DNA from: Octopus bimaculoides
Lineage: Eukaryota
Direction of reading: 5' to 3'
Length of the DNA stretch: 49,225 bases
NCBI RefSeq assembly: GCF_001194135.2
Contig: NC_068981.1
Location: forward strand, 33,782,444-33,831,668
Shown here: piece after piece, positions 22,419 to 36,775 of the stretch
Position numbering within the stretch: the first letter of the stretch is position 1
How the letters are laid out: every line of letters starts with the position of its first letter
Position numbers and translations under genes: made by a program
Notes under the pieces: model-generated
What the model was told of the DNA's origin: nothing
What the model saw: only the letters and a program-made list of their open reading frames with translations
The model's database searches: none

Positions 22419-22554
22419 GTACTTTCAGTTCTGTTTTCCAAGCAAAATTACGCGAGTACCCCAAAGTGAGTAGGCTGTTTGCTCTGAAACACATCATTCC
22501 CACTAGCCATCCAATGAGAATTGAAACTGAACTAAAATGCCTTCAGGAACTAGG
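22419..22554 (+). CDS. CDC7: CDC7 exon 3 (GTFSSVFQAKL...FALKHIIPTSHPMRIETELKCLQELG)
   Basis: Gly-rich loop, catalytic Lys (ALKH) and the CDC7-specific PTSHP motif; ttacag / GG|GTAATA, phase 1/2. Confidence 0.97.
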
Positions 22555-24556
22555 GTAATATGATATTTTATTTAAATTGAATATTTTCATGTTTTTAAGT
22601 AAAAGATGAGCTCCTCAATGAGACAAATTCACAACTTGGTTTCATTTTGTTTTTCAAGTAGCCTAAATGTCGTTTGATCTCAACAGCATTTTTTGTTCCT
22701 CAGTAAGAAGTAATTATTTTTGTTTCTACTGCCAACTTCAACCAGGCTCAATTGTCTCACTCTTATCACCTATATTGTATCTGGCTTTTTATGTATATTC
22801 TAGATTTATCTAGTTCTGTGGTTTGCACTAATGTTCTTGGGTAATAATGGTGCCTGAGATAGGTGGTACCAGTCTAAACATTACAATATTTTATTTTTCC
22901 CTTCTTGGTTCTAGCTTAAAAACTTCCTGGGGTTGATTATTTGCCTGTTATCTCTCTGGGGGTCAATAAAATATCTAATATATTCTCTCTGATTTACTTG
23001 AATAGTGTTCTAACAAAACATTTCTTTTACTTAAATAATGATTTAGTATAAAGATGAACTGGTTTAGTAGTCTTTGTAAGGTTACTTGCTCTGTTAGAAA
23101 CAACTGTCAAATCTTCCTCTTGTACTTCCTCTACAGCAAAACATTTGTTTCTTTCTCTCTGTCTGACTATAACCTTTCATCATTTGATACAAGATCACCT
23201 CCTCCAGTGCCCTCTCCCCTCTTGAAAGTTTTTTTTTTGTCTTGCAAGTTCTTGGGGACCCTGTCAGTGCAGGTGCCACTTAAATGCACCCAGTCCATAC
23301 TGTAAAGTGGTTGGTGTTCGGAAGGGCATCCAGCTGTAAAAACCTTGCCAAAACAGTTACAGAAGTCTGGTGCTGAAACCGTCCCACTCATGCTAGCATG
23401 GAAGGCAGACACTAAACGATGATGATGATCACTGTTGACCATTAAAAAATGGACCTATTAGATATTGTAGTTCTAGATCACTGGTTCTCAACCATTTTTT
23501 TCCTATGGATCTTTTTGATTCCTATTTTGTTCTACTGGACCCCCATTGACATTTGTTGGTTAAAAAAATTCCCATTATATATTTATAATTAAATGCTATG
23601 AATTGTATAACAAGTATAGTTGAAATATTTTGTGCGTTGTAGAAATATAACCGATTTATTGCACATAATTCTTAACAATAACATCTTATATGGACCCATA
23701 AGGGGGTCCAGATTGACTCATTTGACTAGTGGAAGAAACTTTCCCAAGGTGCTGCACAGTAGGGCTGAACACATGTGCTTGCAAAGTGAGCTTCTTAAGC
23801 AAATACTTATGACTGTGCCCAGAAAAGTATATCACTTCCCCCGTGGGGAATTGAAACGTGGTCTGCTGTATGACAGACGCGGATACTTACCACTATTCAA
23901 CTGAAGATTTGATAAAATTACCTGGTCTCTTTATATCTAACTATGAAATCAATATTTTGTAGTTGAAAGGCAGTGAGCCGGCTGAATTGCTACTGTGCTG
24001 GAAAAAATATTTAGCAGTATTTCTTCCAACTTATGCTCTGAGTTCAAATGCTGCTGGGATCAGCTTTGCCTTTCATCCTTCCGGGGTCGATCGACTTAGT
24101 CCCTCCCCGAAAATTACTAGCCTTGTGCCAGAATTTGAATCTAATATTTCTTGGTTGAGAAATACTTGACAACACAAATGATGTAATTAAGAAATTTTCT
24201 TCCATGGACACGTAAAAAGCACTATCCGAATGTGATCAAATCAGGGCCGCCTGACTGGCTCCTGTGCCAGTGGCATGTAAAAAGCACCCACTACACTCTC
24301 AGAGTGGTTGGCATTAGGAAGAGCATCCAGCTGTAGAAACAGTGCCAGATCAGATTGGAGCCTGGTGCAGCCGCTGGCTTTCCAGACCTCAATCAAACCA
24401 TCCGACCCATGCCAGCATGGAAAATGGACGTTAAACAATGATGGTGATGAGACAAAGAGAAAGTCTACAAAAAGATATCTAAGATTGTTTTTTTTTCTTT
24501 GTAGTTTTTCTCAATTGTTTTGTAATTCTTGGCATTTGTCCCATTCTCTATTTCAG

Positions 24557-24650
24557 TGGCAAAAACAATGTTATGGGTGTGGAGCTGTGTCTTCGAAATA
24601 AGGACCATATTGTGATTGGAATGCCATATTTCTACCATGACAAACTTCAG
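24557..24650 (+). CDS. CDC7: CDC7 exon 4 (GKNNVMGVELCLRNKDHIVIGMPYFYHDKLQ)
   Basis: ctctatttcag / CAG|GTAACT, phase 2/0; matches human [24 protein letters not shown]. Confidence 0.96.
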
Positions 24651-25584
24651 GTAACTACCACTGGTTGATGATTTTTTTTTTGCTGTTACTATAACTCTAA
24701 TAGTTCTAAATACTGCCAAAAAACTTTTCCGTGTTGGCATGAGTTGGACAGAATTTGTTGAGGTGGGTTTTCTTTGGCTGGATCTTCCTGTTACCAATCC
24801 TCTACTGTTTCCAAGCAGGGTAATATTTCCCAATGGCCAGATATGTTTCAAGATAAGGTTACACACACACACACATCATACATATACGACAGGCTTCTTT
24901 CAGTTTTTGTCTACCAGATCCATCCTCAAGACTTTGGCTGACCTAGCACCATAGTGGAAGACACTTGCCCAAGTTGCTATGTGGTGGGACTGATCCTGAA
25001 ACCCTGTGGTTGGGGAGCAAACATATCCACACAGCCACGCCAGGGCCTATTAGACTTAAAATCTGGGAGTTGATTGAAACTACAACATCACCCTCTCTCT
25101 ATAAAAACTGTCAAGGTCTCTGTGTGTTAAATCATTATTTTTCTATTTTTTATGAAAATTGTGATTCGACAGAATTAGTAGAGCAGTCGATAAAATGCTT
25201 TGTGAAGGCACATAGCTTTGTGATTAGAGTATTTGGTTTAATTCCTGGTGGCATGGCACATTGTGTCCTTGGGCATGACACTTGATTTCACCTTACTCCT
25301 GTCCACTCAGCTGGCAAAATTGAGTTGTACCTGTAATTGAAAAGGGCCAGTTTTGCCATATTCTGTGTCATGCTGAATCTCTCTGAGAACTACATTAAGG
25401 GTATGCATATATATGCATACCCACAGATGTGGAGTACTCAGTCACTTGCATGTTAATTTCATGAGCAGGCTGTTCCATTGGTCAGATCAACTGGAAAACT
25501 CATCATTGTAATCGACAGACTACCTGTCAGATAAAATGCTTTGTGATATTGAGTTATGTATCTTTCCATCTTGAGACAACTGCG

Positions 25585-26388
25585 CTGGTATGGTCATGTA
25601 TTGTGAATGAATGAGGACAGCTGTGTGAAAAATGTCACACCCTAGCAGTTGAGGGAACCTGTGGAAGAGGCAGACCCAGGAAGACTTGGGATGAGGTGAT
25701 GAAGCACGACTTTTGAACATTAGGCCTTACCGAGGCAATGACTACTGACCGAGACCTTTGGAGATGTGCTGTGCTTGAGAAGACCCAGCAAGCCAAGTGA
25801 GACCATAAACCTGTGGCCTTTGCCAGTGGGTGTAACCAGCCCACTTATGAGTACCCCTCATTCATTGGACAATAAACTTTGTTTCGAAGACCTGTTGTGA
25901 CAAGTGAAATCAAAANNNNNNNNNNNNNNNNNNNNNNNNNNNNNNNNNNNNNNNNNNNNNNNNNNNNNNNNNNNNNNNNNNNNNNNNNNNNNNNNNNNNN
26001 NNNNNNNNNNNNNNNNNNNNNNNNGTGTGATTTTTGCCAGGGTCGCTGATTGGCTCCCGTGCTGGTGGTACGTAAAAAACACCACTCAAGCATGTTCGTT
26101 GCCAGCGTTGCTTAACTGGCACATGTGCCGGTGGCATGTGAAAAAGCAACATTCGAGCGTGGTCATTGCCAGTGCCGCTGGACTGGCCCTCGTGCCAGTG
26201 GCATGTAAAAGCATCCACTACACTCTCAGAGTGGTTGATATTTGGAAGGGCATCCAGCTATAAATACTTTGCCAGATCAGATTGGAGCCTGGTGCAGCCT
26301 TCTGGCTTACCAGTCCTCTGTCAAACCGTCCAACCCACGCCAACATGGAAAGTGGATGTTAAGCGACAACGATGACGATGATGATGAG
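25585..26388 (+). mobile_element. RTE LINE ORF2 C-terminus and, across the gap, 3' UTR and tail
   Basis: LRWYGHVL...[19 protein letters not shown]...TDRDLWRCAVLEKTQQAK*, typical of an RTE-clade ORF2 end; tail at 26025-26388. Confidence 0.82.
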
Positions 26389-26602
26389 GAATTAAAATTC
26401 TATAGGTGTTTACTTTGCTTTTAATGTTCAGGTATCAATAAAATAAGCACCAGTTAAGTACTGGGTTGAATTAGGCTGGAACTTGTTAATTTTCCATTCC
26501 TCATTGTTTTATTTATTTACTTATTTGTTAACCATTTAATGGATTCCATAATTTAATGTTAATGTAATACTAATCTTTAATGGGTTTCCATATTATTTCC
26601 AG

Positions 26603-26745
26603 GATTGTTTGACATCTTTAACTCCTAAAGAAATCCAATGCTATATGAAAAATTTATTAATTGCTTTAAGTCATGTTCATGAATATGATATTATCCACCG
26701 TGATGTGAAACCCAGCAATTTCTTGTTTAACCGTAAAACACAACA
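26603..26745 (+). CDS. CDC7: CDC7 exon 5 (DCLTSL...IIHRDVKPSNFLFNRKTQ)
   Basis: Catalytic loop HRDVKPSN; tatttccag / CA|GTGAGT, phase 0/2. Confidence 0.97.
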
Positions 26746-27084
26746 GTGAGTAAATGTTTCCCTTTTCCTACAAGACCCATTAAGGGGGTGAGCTGGCAGA
26801 ATTGTTAGCATGCCAGGCAAAATGCTTAGCAGCATTTGTCTCTATGTTCTGAGTTCAAATTCAACTGAGGTCAACTTTGCCTTTCATCCTTTCAGGGTTG
26901 GTGTAAAATGTACCAGTTGAACACTGGGGTCGATGTAAACGTCTTGGACCCTTTCCCAAAACTGCTAGCCTTGTGCCAAAATCTGAAACCATTATTATTA
27001 TTATTATTAATAATTGATCATACTGGCACAAGTCCCATTATCTGCTTTAGCATGGTTTCTATAGCTGGATGTTCTCAATGTTGT

Positions 27085-27463
27085 TGGCATTCCGTCGCTT
27101 ACAACGTCGAGGGTTCCAGTTGATCCGATCAACGGAACAGCCTGCTCGTGAAATTAACGTGCAAGTGGCTGAGCACTCCACAGACACGTGTACCCTTAAC
27201 GTAGTTCTCGGAGATATTCAGCGTGACACAGTGTGACAAGGCTGACCCTTTGAATTACAGGCACAACAGAAACAGGATGTAAGAGTGAGAGAAAGCTGTG
27301 GTGAAAGAGTACAGCAGGGTTCGCCACCATCCCCTGCCAGAGCCTCGTGGAGCTTTAGGTGTTTTCACTCAATAAACACTCACAACGCCCGATCTGGGAA
27401 TTGAAACCGCGATCCTATGACCGCGAGTCCGCTGCCCTAACCACTGGGCCATTGCGCCTCCAC
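27085..27463 (-). mobile_element. tRNA-derived SINE, full length; partial copies at about 25215-25520 and 28130-28290
   Basis: Reverse complement of the 37708-38068 element; A-box TGGCCCAGTGG, B-box GGTTTCAATTCC. Confidence 0.85.
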
Positions 27464-27549
27464 TGTTCTTAATACCAACCATTTTATAAGAGTGTATTGG
27501 GTGTTTTTTTTTTTTTGTGGCAAGTACTCAGGCTCTTACAAATACTTAG

Positions 27550-27690
27550 GGAATCCCCTTGAAGTAGTCAATAGCTTCTGTTACCTAGGTTACCTGATTA
27601 ACAGTAGCAGAAAGCGGTCTGAAAGCATAGTCCGAACAAGAACATAATGGGAAAAGTTTAAGGAGTTTATTACTTCTGTTGGTAACAAGC
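27550..27690 (+). mobile_element. RTE reverse-transcriptase fragment
   Basis: LEVVNSFCYLGYLI resembles the F-x-YLG RT motif of RTE elements. Confidence 0.6.
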
Positions 27691-27793
27691 ATTGAAAAAT
27701 GAGCATAAAATTAAGATGATAATTATGATGTGGACTGTATTTCATACTTTGCCTGTACTTCTGTTGTTGAAGATGTTATTTCTTATGTTTTAG

Positions 27794-27920
27794 GTTCTCG
27801 TTAGTGGATTTTGGTCTTGCTCACAAAGCACCTTTACCTTTGAAGGAAAATAAACTCAAATCTGATATACCCTCTCATCATTACTTTCCAGTCAGACGAA
27901 ATTTGAAAAGTACGTCAAAG
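27794..27920 (+). CDS. CDC7: CDC7 exon 6 (FSLVDFGLAHK...STSK; start of kinase insert 2)
   Basis: DFG motif; tgttttag / AAG|GTAAAT, phase 2/0. Confidence 0.95.
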
Positions 27921-29097
27921 GTAAATTTCCTTTTTATTTTCTATTTCCTATTTTCCATTTATTGTCTTGGTAGAGATAATTTCTTTTATTCTTACAGTTA
28001 GGCAGTGTCTATGACACTTTACAGGGCCTCCAGGAATGGTGAGAGAGAGAGAGAGAGAAGGTATCCTCAGACTGGAGATTGGCCAAAATTCTTGCAATAA
28101 AGTGCACTCCATTCTCACTGGCACTCTGTTGGTTGTCACAATGTGGGTTCCAGCTGATCCAATCAATGGAACAGCCTGTTCACGAAACTAATGCACAAGT
28201 GGCTGAGCACTCCACAGACACATGTAGCCTTAATATAGTTCTCGGGGAGATTTAGTGTGAGGCAGAGCATGACAAGGCCGACCCAGCTGAGTGGACTGGA
28301 GCAATGAGAAATAAAGTGTCTTGCTCAAGGACACAACGTGCTGCCAAATATCAAACTCATGACCTTATAATTGTAAGCTGAATACTCTAACCACGAAGCC
28401 ATGTACCTTCACTGGACTCCATTAATGACATTGAAGGTGTGAGGTGGTCATGTTTAAATCGGGCGACAGTTTATGTCAGTTGCTCATGTAAGTCATGATG
28501 AGAATTGAACTTATAAAGTTCCAATCTGTTACCCTAGATTGGTACTTTTTCTGATGGAATCCTCCACCTCAAAATAGAGGAAAGGTAAAAATTGATCTTG
28601 GAGGATTAGACATCAGAACATAGAAATTTGGAACAAATACTACAAGGCATTCTATCTGATACTCCAAAGACTCTGTTATTTTTATTTTCTGCAGCTCTAA
28701 AAATTATTTTGTGTTGTGGGAAATAATTTGTTTGTAGAATACCTGCTAAATCCTGTGTTAACTCCTTAATTATATGTTCAGAGATCTCTAATTAAATGAA
28801 GTTCATACGTCTTCAAACAACAATATATATCAGTGGTATGTTTTAAAAAAGAGGAAACAAAGTCATGTGATGCATTTTGTCTAGTATGAGGCTTTTAACT
28901 AATAATTTTTAACAGCCACATAAAGCTTCAGATTTGACTTTATTTTACTGACCTCAGAAAAATCTAAGCTGAAAACTTTGTGAGACAAAACTGAATACTG
29001 GAGGATATTTAGACTGACTTTCTGTCTTTTCTGCTATGAAACTTTTTACTTTATTCATAATAGGATAGGCAGAAACAGTAGGGTATCAAAGTAAATA

Positions 29098-29325
29098 TTG
29101 GGTTGTCTGGAAAGTTTGTGCCGATTTATAGTAGCTTACCTTTCGACTTATTTGCCATGAAAACACCTCAGTTCTGGGAAGAGGGTATTTTCAAGTTAAA
29201 GGAAAGATGGAAACGCATTGTGCAACAAAATGGTTCATATTTGGTTGATTAAAAATGTAATGGCAAGTATTTGTTGACCTTTTTATTTCCTTTAAAAATC
29301 GGCACAAACTTTCCGGACAACCCAA
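29098..29325 (+). mobile_element. Internally deleted mariner (228-bp MITE)
   Basis: TA TSDs (29096-29097, 29326-29327); TIRs ttgggttgtc(t/c)ggaaagtttgtgccgattt; residual FWEEGIFKLKERWKRIVQQNGSYLVD*. Confidence 0.92.
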
Positions 29326-29469
29326 TACTTAACTCCATTCATGATTCAAGTTCATATTGTAAATGTTACAGTATTATGATAGATTCAGTCAAATTCTCAA
29401 TAAATTTGTGGCTTTGTGACAATATAAAAAAACATTTTATGTGCTACTTTTTTTTACCTTATTTAACAG

Positions 29470-29794
29470 CATGGTTTGAAAAGTATTCCAACAAGTGATA
29501 AATGTGGTCAAAGGACTGCCAAGAATTCCACTGTATTTTCTACCCAGTCTCCTCAACAGCGATTGCTCATAAAACAGGCTGCAGTTAAAGTCAATCANNN
29601 NNNNNNNGTCAAAGGACTGCCAAGAATTCCACTGTATTTTCTACCCAGTCTCCTCGACAGCGATTGCTCATAAAACAGGCTGCAGTTAAAGTCAATCACA
29701 ATGTTGCATCATCAAATCAACACAGTGGCATCTCAGCTGCTCATACTTGTCGATGTTTTGGAAAACCCATGATCTGTCATATTTGTTCAGAGAG
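29470..29794 (+). CDS. CDC7: CDC7 exon 7 (kinase insert 2, ending TCRCFGKPMICHICSER); contains a 10-N gap and a 91-bp artefactual duplication, true length about 224 nt
   Basis: ttaacag / AG|GTAAAT; C-x-C-x6-C-x2-C zinc motif spaced like human CDCYATDKVCSIC; frame restored by removing 101 nt (10 N plus one 91-nt copy). Confidence 0.88.
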
Positions 29795-30475
29795 GTAAAT
29801 AGAAAAGGGTAAAGCCTTCTTTTGTTTGGTCAGTTAGTCATTTTACTTACATTTTTTCCATGTTTGCATCGGATGGACAGAACCTTATTTCAAGATGGCA
29901 TTTTACAACTTCAGTATTCTTCCTGCTATCAACTCTTACTTGTTTCTCGAGTAAGGAGTTCTTTTAGTTCTCTTAAGGTTTTTGAAAGCGCTGAGTGACT
30001 GGTTGTAGTGTCAACAGAGAATGTAAACATCACATCACCTTTTTGCTTATGTTGTGATAAGTGCAGACATGGAATGTCAACATTATCACACACACACACA
30101 CACACACAAAAAAAACATACATACATACATGCACAGGTTTACACACATACATAATGGGCTTTTATACAGTTTTCATTTAACAGATCCACTCACAAGGCAT
30201 TGGTTGGCCTCAAGTTATATGAATCATTTTCATTTAAGATCTGCCTTCCATGCTGGCATGGGTTGGACGGTTTGACAGGAACTGGCCAGGCAGAAGCCTG
30301 CACCAGACTTCTGTATTTGTTTTGGCATGGTTGTTACGGCTGGATGCCTTTCCTAACACCAACCACCCCACAAAGTAAACTAGTCTGGTGGTCACAAGAA
30401 TTTGAAGTTTCTACTCATAAATTAGTGCAGAACATCAAAGTAGACTGAGGCATGTAGAATTAAAGTTCCCTATTA

Positions 30476-31361
30476 CACTGAACCGCAAAAGAAACGCGAT
30501 TTTTTTCAAATGTCATTTTTATATGGTAAATTCTGAAAATTTATTTCGATGATGTAAATATTCCAAGACATGCTGGTTTATGGCTGGTACCCAAATTGCA
30601 GGTCACCTTTCAGTTTTCCCTGAAATGAGACGCCAAAACGCATCTCTGCTGAATGCTGTGGGTGACAATCGCAAACAATTGTCATGGAAACCAAAATGCA
30701 TGTGAATCTCGTGGAAGTTATGGGTATGAAAATCAACTTGAACCATGTTCCTAGCAATCGTAATTTGGATGCATCAGGTATGACCTGATTGTCAGCAGTG
30801 CAGAGAGAACAAGCTATCGGCTGATTGCAAGCAGAGCAGCATGCCCTGGTTGTTGCGAAAGCTTATAATTTCCATATCAGCACCATCTATTGCCTGCAAC
30901 AGCGATACAACAGCACCGACAGCACTGCAGACATGCCTTCAGAGGGCACCCCTGGGTGACCATGCCGTGGTTGGCTCTCGGCCCGGATTTGAACCCAATC
31001 AAACACCTGTGGGATGAAATCCAGGGATTGTGGAACCAGGTGGTCCCAAAGCCGACAACTCATGTGGAACTGGAGGCAGCTTTCCTCAGGGTATGGGCAC
31101 AGGTGCCAATGGCTTTTGTGAACCGCCTCATGCACTCCATATACTGACGGTGTATGGCCATTTTGAACACCCAGGGAGGGCATACACGGTATTGAACATA
31201 TCACGCCCTACAATCTCGATGTGTTGGATCCACCCACTACTAGAACATATAACAACGACCCATAGAAACTGACTTTATCAGATTTATCAAAATTAAAACA
31301 TAATGAAATTAAAACATATTTCACAGTCACACACGCCTCGCGTTTCTTTTGCGGTTCAGTG
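30476..31361 (+). mobile_element. Internally deleted Tc1 element (886 bp)
   Basis: TA TSDs; TIR CACTGAACCGCAAAAGAAACGCGA; HTH remnant REQAIG*LQA and catalytic-end remnant PWLALGPDLNPIKHLWDEI. Confidence 0.92.
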
Positions 31362-31469
31362 TATATACACACTTTGAAATGTTCTGGGTATAAACACCTG
31401 ATATATATTTCTGGCAGCCCATTTTTATTTTGTACATACTTCTACTTTGTAATATAAATTCTTATTTGA

Positions 31470-31616
<147 letters not shown>

Positions 31617-31818
31617 TAAGATTTTGCTTGATTTATTGGGTCTGATGGGAGTGGAGTTGTTGTTAGTGTCTCTTATTAATTGGTATGAGAAATTAAGCCT
31701 GTCAGGTCCATCTAGACATGCTACACATACACACACACACACACAAATTTGAAAAATCATTGCAATACAGTAGTATCCCTTTCCAGCCAAATAAAACACT
31801 GTAAAAGTAGAATTATAA

Positions 31819-31996
31819 ATAAGAAATAGTGGTATGACAAGGCACCAATGTTTGCTGGAAATAACAGTCGATAATGACAAAATGCTATGTAAAGCTTCAC
31901 TGAAATACATTTCAGTGAAGCTTTACATAGTGTCGTATTGCTATCGACTGCTATTTCCAGCAAACATTGGTGCTGTGTCATACCACTATTTCTTAT
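31819..31996. mobile_element. 178-bp near-perfect palindrome (hairpin MITE-like)
   Basis: ataagaaatagtggtatgac...gcttcactgaaat followed by its reverse complement, with almost no loop. Confidence 0.75.
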
Positions 31997-32157
31997 ATGT
32001 AGCTCGAAACGGCAAAGACTTTCCGTATTCCCGAGCGTCATACTAATACATCCTTTTGTTATTTACACCACCTGTCCTCGTCTGTTGTTGTTTTTTCGTA
32101 TATTCTCCTATATATATATATGTATATGTATGTATGTATGTATGTATGTATATATAT

Positions 32158-32350
32158 GGCCATCGTGCCGGTGGCACGTAAAAAGCACCCACTACACTCT
32201 CGGAGTGGTTGGCGTTAGGAAGGGCATCCAGCTGTAGAAACTCTGCCAGATCAGATTGGAGTCTGGTGCAGCCATCCGGTTCACCAGTCCTCAGTCAAAT
32301 CGTCCAACCCATGCTAGCATGGAAAGCGGACATTAAATGATGATAATGAT
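32158..32350 (+). mobile_element. RTE 3' end (young)
   Basis: Family core plus gat tail. Confidence 0.85.
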
Positions 32351-33478
32351 ACACACACACACATAACATGGCAGGCTTGTTTCAGTTTCCATCTATCAAA
32401 TCCTGTCCCAAGGGTTTGGTCAGCTTGTGGCTATAGTATAAGTCACCTTCCCAGGGTACCATGCAGTGGAACTGAGCCCAAAACAATATGCTTAAAGTAA
32501 GAAGCAACAGAACAGTTCCCCTGCAATGCAAAACTGATGTAGTATTCAAACACAATTCTACATCCCCACAAGGACAATTATTAGCTGAGAAATAGATAAA
32601 TTAAAAATGAAGCAAATGAGAATATGTGACAAAATCATGAAATTGAGATAAGTTGTTGTCAACATGACAGCTATGCACTTATATTATAACTAACAGATGT
32701 GACAGAATAACGAAACTACAAGCAAGTCTCAGGATTTTTACTTCCTATTTTTCTCAGCTCAAGTTTTTAAGTTTTTGCTTAATCTATCGGATCTGATGGG
32801 AGTGGAGTTGTTGTTAGTATCTCTTATTAATTGGTGTGAGAAGTAAAGCCTGTAGTTTTGTCAGGCTCATCTAGACTAAGATAAGTTTAATGATGTTGAG
32901 TTTAATGTTGTTATTGTTTACATTTGAACATTTCCAGATTCGTGATTGGAAAGAAAACTGTCCAAGATGTTAAAAGTATCGATCTCACTAGTTTTAAAGC
33001 ACTTGTGAAAGCCATAGATACAGTTCCTTCCTCCAGATCAACACAACAACAACAACAACAACAATAATAATAATAATAATAATAATAATTCTTTCTAATT
33101 TTGGCATAAAACCAGTAATTTTGAGGGAGTGGGTAGTCATTTACATGTACCCCAGTGTTCAACTGGTTCTTTATTTTATCAACCCTGAAAGAATGAAAGG
33201 CAAAGTTGCCCTTCATGGGATTTGAGCTCAGAACATAAAAAGCCAGAAAGAATGCTGCTAAGCAATTTTGCCTGGTGCGCTAATGATCCTGCCAGCTTGC
33301 TGTCATTGACCCTTTAGCATTTAGACCTGCCATATCTGGCCAAAATGTTCTATTTGTTTTATGTTCAAACTGGCCTAAATCCAGTCTCTTACATCTACCC
33401 TATAATGTCATAATAGAAGTAAACAGTCCCATAATTGAAATCTCAAAGCTACAAGATTATGCAGGATTAATTCAAAAC

Positions 33479-33770
33479 AATCATCATCATCATCATCATC
33501 ATTTAGCGTCCGCTTTCCATGCTAGCATGGGTTGGACGATTTGACTGAGGACTGGTGGACCATGAGGCGACGCCAGGCTCCAATCTGATTTGGCGGAGTT
33601 TCTACAGCTGGATGCCCTTCCTAACACTAACTACTCCAAGAGTGTAGTGGGTGCTTTTACGTGCCACCGGCACGAGGGCCAGTTAGGCAGGTACTGGCGA
33701 TGGCCACGCTCTAAATAGTGTATTTTATGTGTCACCTGCACAGGAGCCAGTCCATCGGCACTGACAACGA
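33479..33770 (-). mobile_element. RTE 3' end
   Basis: (cat)n tail plus family core. Confidence 0.85.
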
Positions 33771-34073
33771 TAAGCAATGCTAAAGGGTTAAAAAAAAAAT
33801 GCAAAAGATAAAAGAAACCCCACCAAAACTACACCCTGAGTATGATATTAGACTTTCAGCAGTAGTCCTAGTTACATTTATTGATATCTTTCATTGGTTT
33901 GAAGATTTGAACTGTATCTCTTCATGATACACTGTAGTAAAAGTTAAATGTCTTTGGCAGGACCCAGTGGATAAAATGTATTGTTGACCAATCTCCACTA
34001 ATGACACTTAGCCATCTGATCTTTATAATTTAAATATTATTCTTACTATTTCAATAATAACTAAGATTTCTGA

Positions 34074-34695
<622 letters not shown>

Positions 34696-35423
34696 ATCAT
34701 GTTAAGGTGGTTAAATGATGATGATGACAAATCACGTTAATTAAGGTGATGAGCAGGCAGAATTGTTAGCTTGTTAGGAAAAATGCTTAGCAGCATTTTT
34801 TCTTACTCTTTACATTCTGAGTTCATATACCACTGAGATCAGAGTCAATAAAATAAAGTACTAACGAAGTACTGGGGTTTATGTAATCGACTTGACCCAT
34901 GCAGCGGCCTGGTGCCCTGTTCAGGGGGATTGTTGGTGATCTTGGTCACTCATACACGATGGAAACCAAGTAACTGGCCTTATGAGTCCTTGGGCTTTAC
35001 CAAAAATATAAAAAATAGAAATAAAAAAGAACCCAGTTAATTACACATAATCAATTAATGTCAAGAAATTCAATACCTTTATGAACAAGGAGCTGGGCTA
35101 CTAATCAGATAGCCACACATTCAAACCTTATTGGTACAGATGTTATATTGGCTGTATGCAAGGTACATTATTATTATGGCTCGGGAATAATACCCAGCGA
35201 CACCTACCTTATGTAAACTTAAGAGTAAAGTGGGTATTTACATATTTGATGCAGTATGCCAGGTAATTAAAAGCTATAATTTTAATGATGGAGAACACTT
35301 CTCTTCAAAATTACTAATTCTTGTCAAAAAGGGTAGAGGAATCAACCAGGAAATTTTACTTTCTTGGTTGTCTCTAATTAAATATGGAATGCACAGTAAT
35401 AATAATAATAATAATAATAATAA

Positions 35424-35660
35424 TGGTGGCCAGCTGGCAGAATCGTTAGCACGCCGGGCGAAATGCTTAGCGGCATTTTGTCTGCCGTTACATTCTGAGT
35501 TCAAATTCCACAGAGGTTGACTTTGCCTTTCATACTTTCGGGGTCGATTAAATAAGTACCAGTTACGCACTGAGGTCGATGTAATCGACTTTATCCCTTT
35601 GTCTGTCCTTGTTTGTCTCCTCTGTGTTTAGCCCCCTTTGGGCAGTAAAGAAACAAATAA
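35424..35660 (+). mobile_element. SINE family ggcagaatcgttagcacgccggg...; other copies at about 14940-15330 (disrupted), 23975-24150, 26786-26990, 33110-33300 (-), 35690-36100 (-)
   Basis: Recurrent consensus ttctgagttcaaattcc...gaggtcgactttgcctttcatcc...ggggtcgat...aagtaccagt. Confidence 0.75.
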
Positions 35661-36775
35661 TAATAATAATAATAATAATAATGGTTTCTAGTTTTAGTAC
35701 TGGGGAGGGGCAAGTCAATTTCCTTGATCCCAGTACTTGATCCCAAAAGGATGAAAAGCAAAGTCAACCTTGACAGAATTTGAGCTCAGAACATAAAGAC
35801 AGACAAAGCAGTATGCTGATGGTTCTGCCAGCTTTCCACCTTATTAATAAAGGTTTCAAATTTACACTGCCTCGTTAACAATAATATTGGTTTCAAATTT
35901 TGGAACAAAGCCAGCAATTTCTGGGTAGGGTTAAGTCGATTACATTAACCCCCAGTGCTTAACTGGTACCTATTTTATTGACCCTGAAAGGATGAATGAC
36001 AAAGTCAACCTCTGTGGAATTTGAACTCAGAATGTTAAGATGGATGAAATGTCACTAAGCACTTTGCCCAGTTTACTAAAGGTTCTGCCAGTTTGCCACC
36101 TTATGTATGGCTGATATCAGTGTTACGTAATTGGCACTCGTGTTGGTGGCATGTAAAAATCACCCTTTGAACATTGGGTGATATATCGTGCTTTAGAAGT
36201 ACCGTCAAGCCAACTGAAATCATAGTCATGGCGACTTCAATCATTTGAATCAGTTATTTAGATTGCTTGATGTGATTGTTATTACAACAGTGTTTGCCTG
36301 CTCAGAAAAAAAAAAAAAAAATGGTAAGTGATTCAGAGCAATTGGAGAAAATGTGACCATCATATTGGTGGCACATAAAAAGTACCTTTCGAACTTTGGG
36401 CCTCACGGAGGCTGCGACTAGTGACCAAGACCATGGGTAATATGCCATGCTTCAGAAGACTTGTCAAGCCAAGTGAGATTGCAGTCATGGCTGATACTGG
36501 TGTTTCATAATTGGTACCCATGCTGGTGGCATGTAAAAAGTACCCACTATGTTCTTGGAGTGGTTGGCATTAGGAAAGGCATCCAGCTGAAGAAAACATG
36601 CCAAATCAAACTGGAACCTGGTGCAGGTTCCCAGCTTAACACTTTTCTGTCAAGTCATCCAACCCATGCCAGCATGGAAAACTGACATGAAATGATGATG
36701 ATGGTTCATTTAGCAATAACCATGGTGTTCTATGGAAGATGTCTAATAAATTTTGTATTTTTTTTTGTCATTCAG

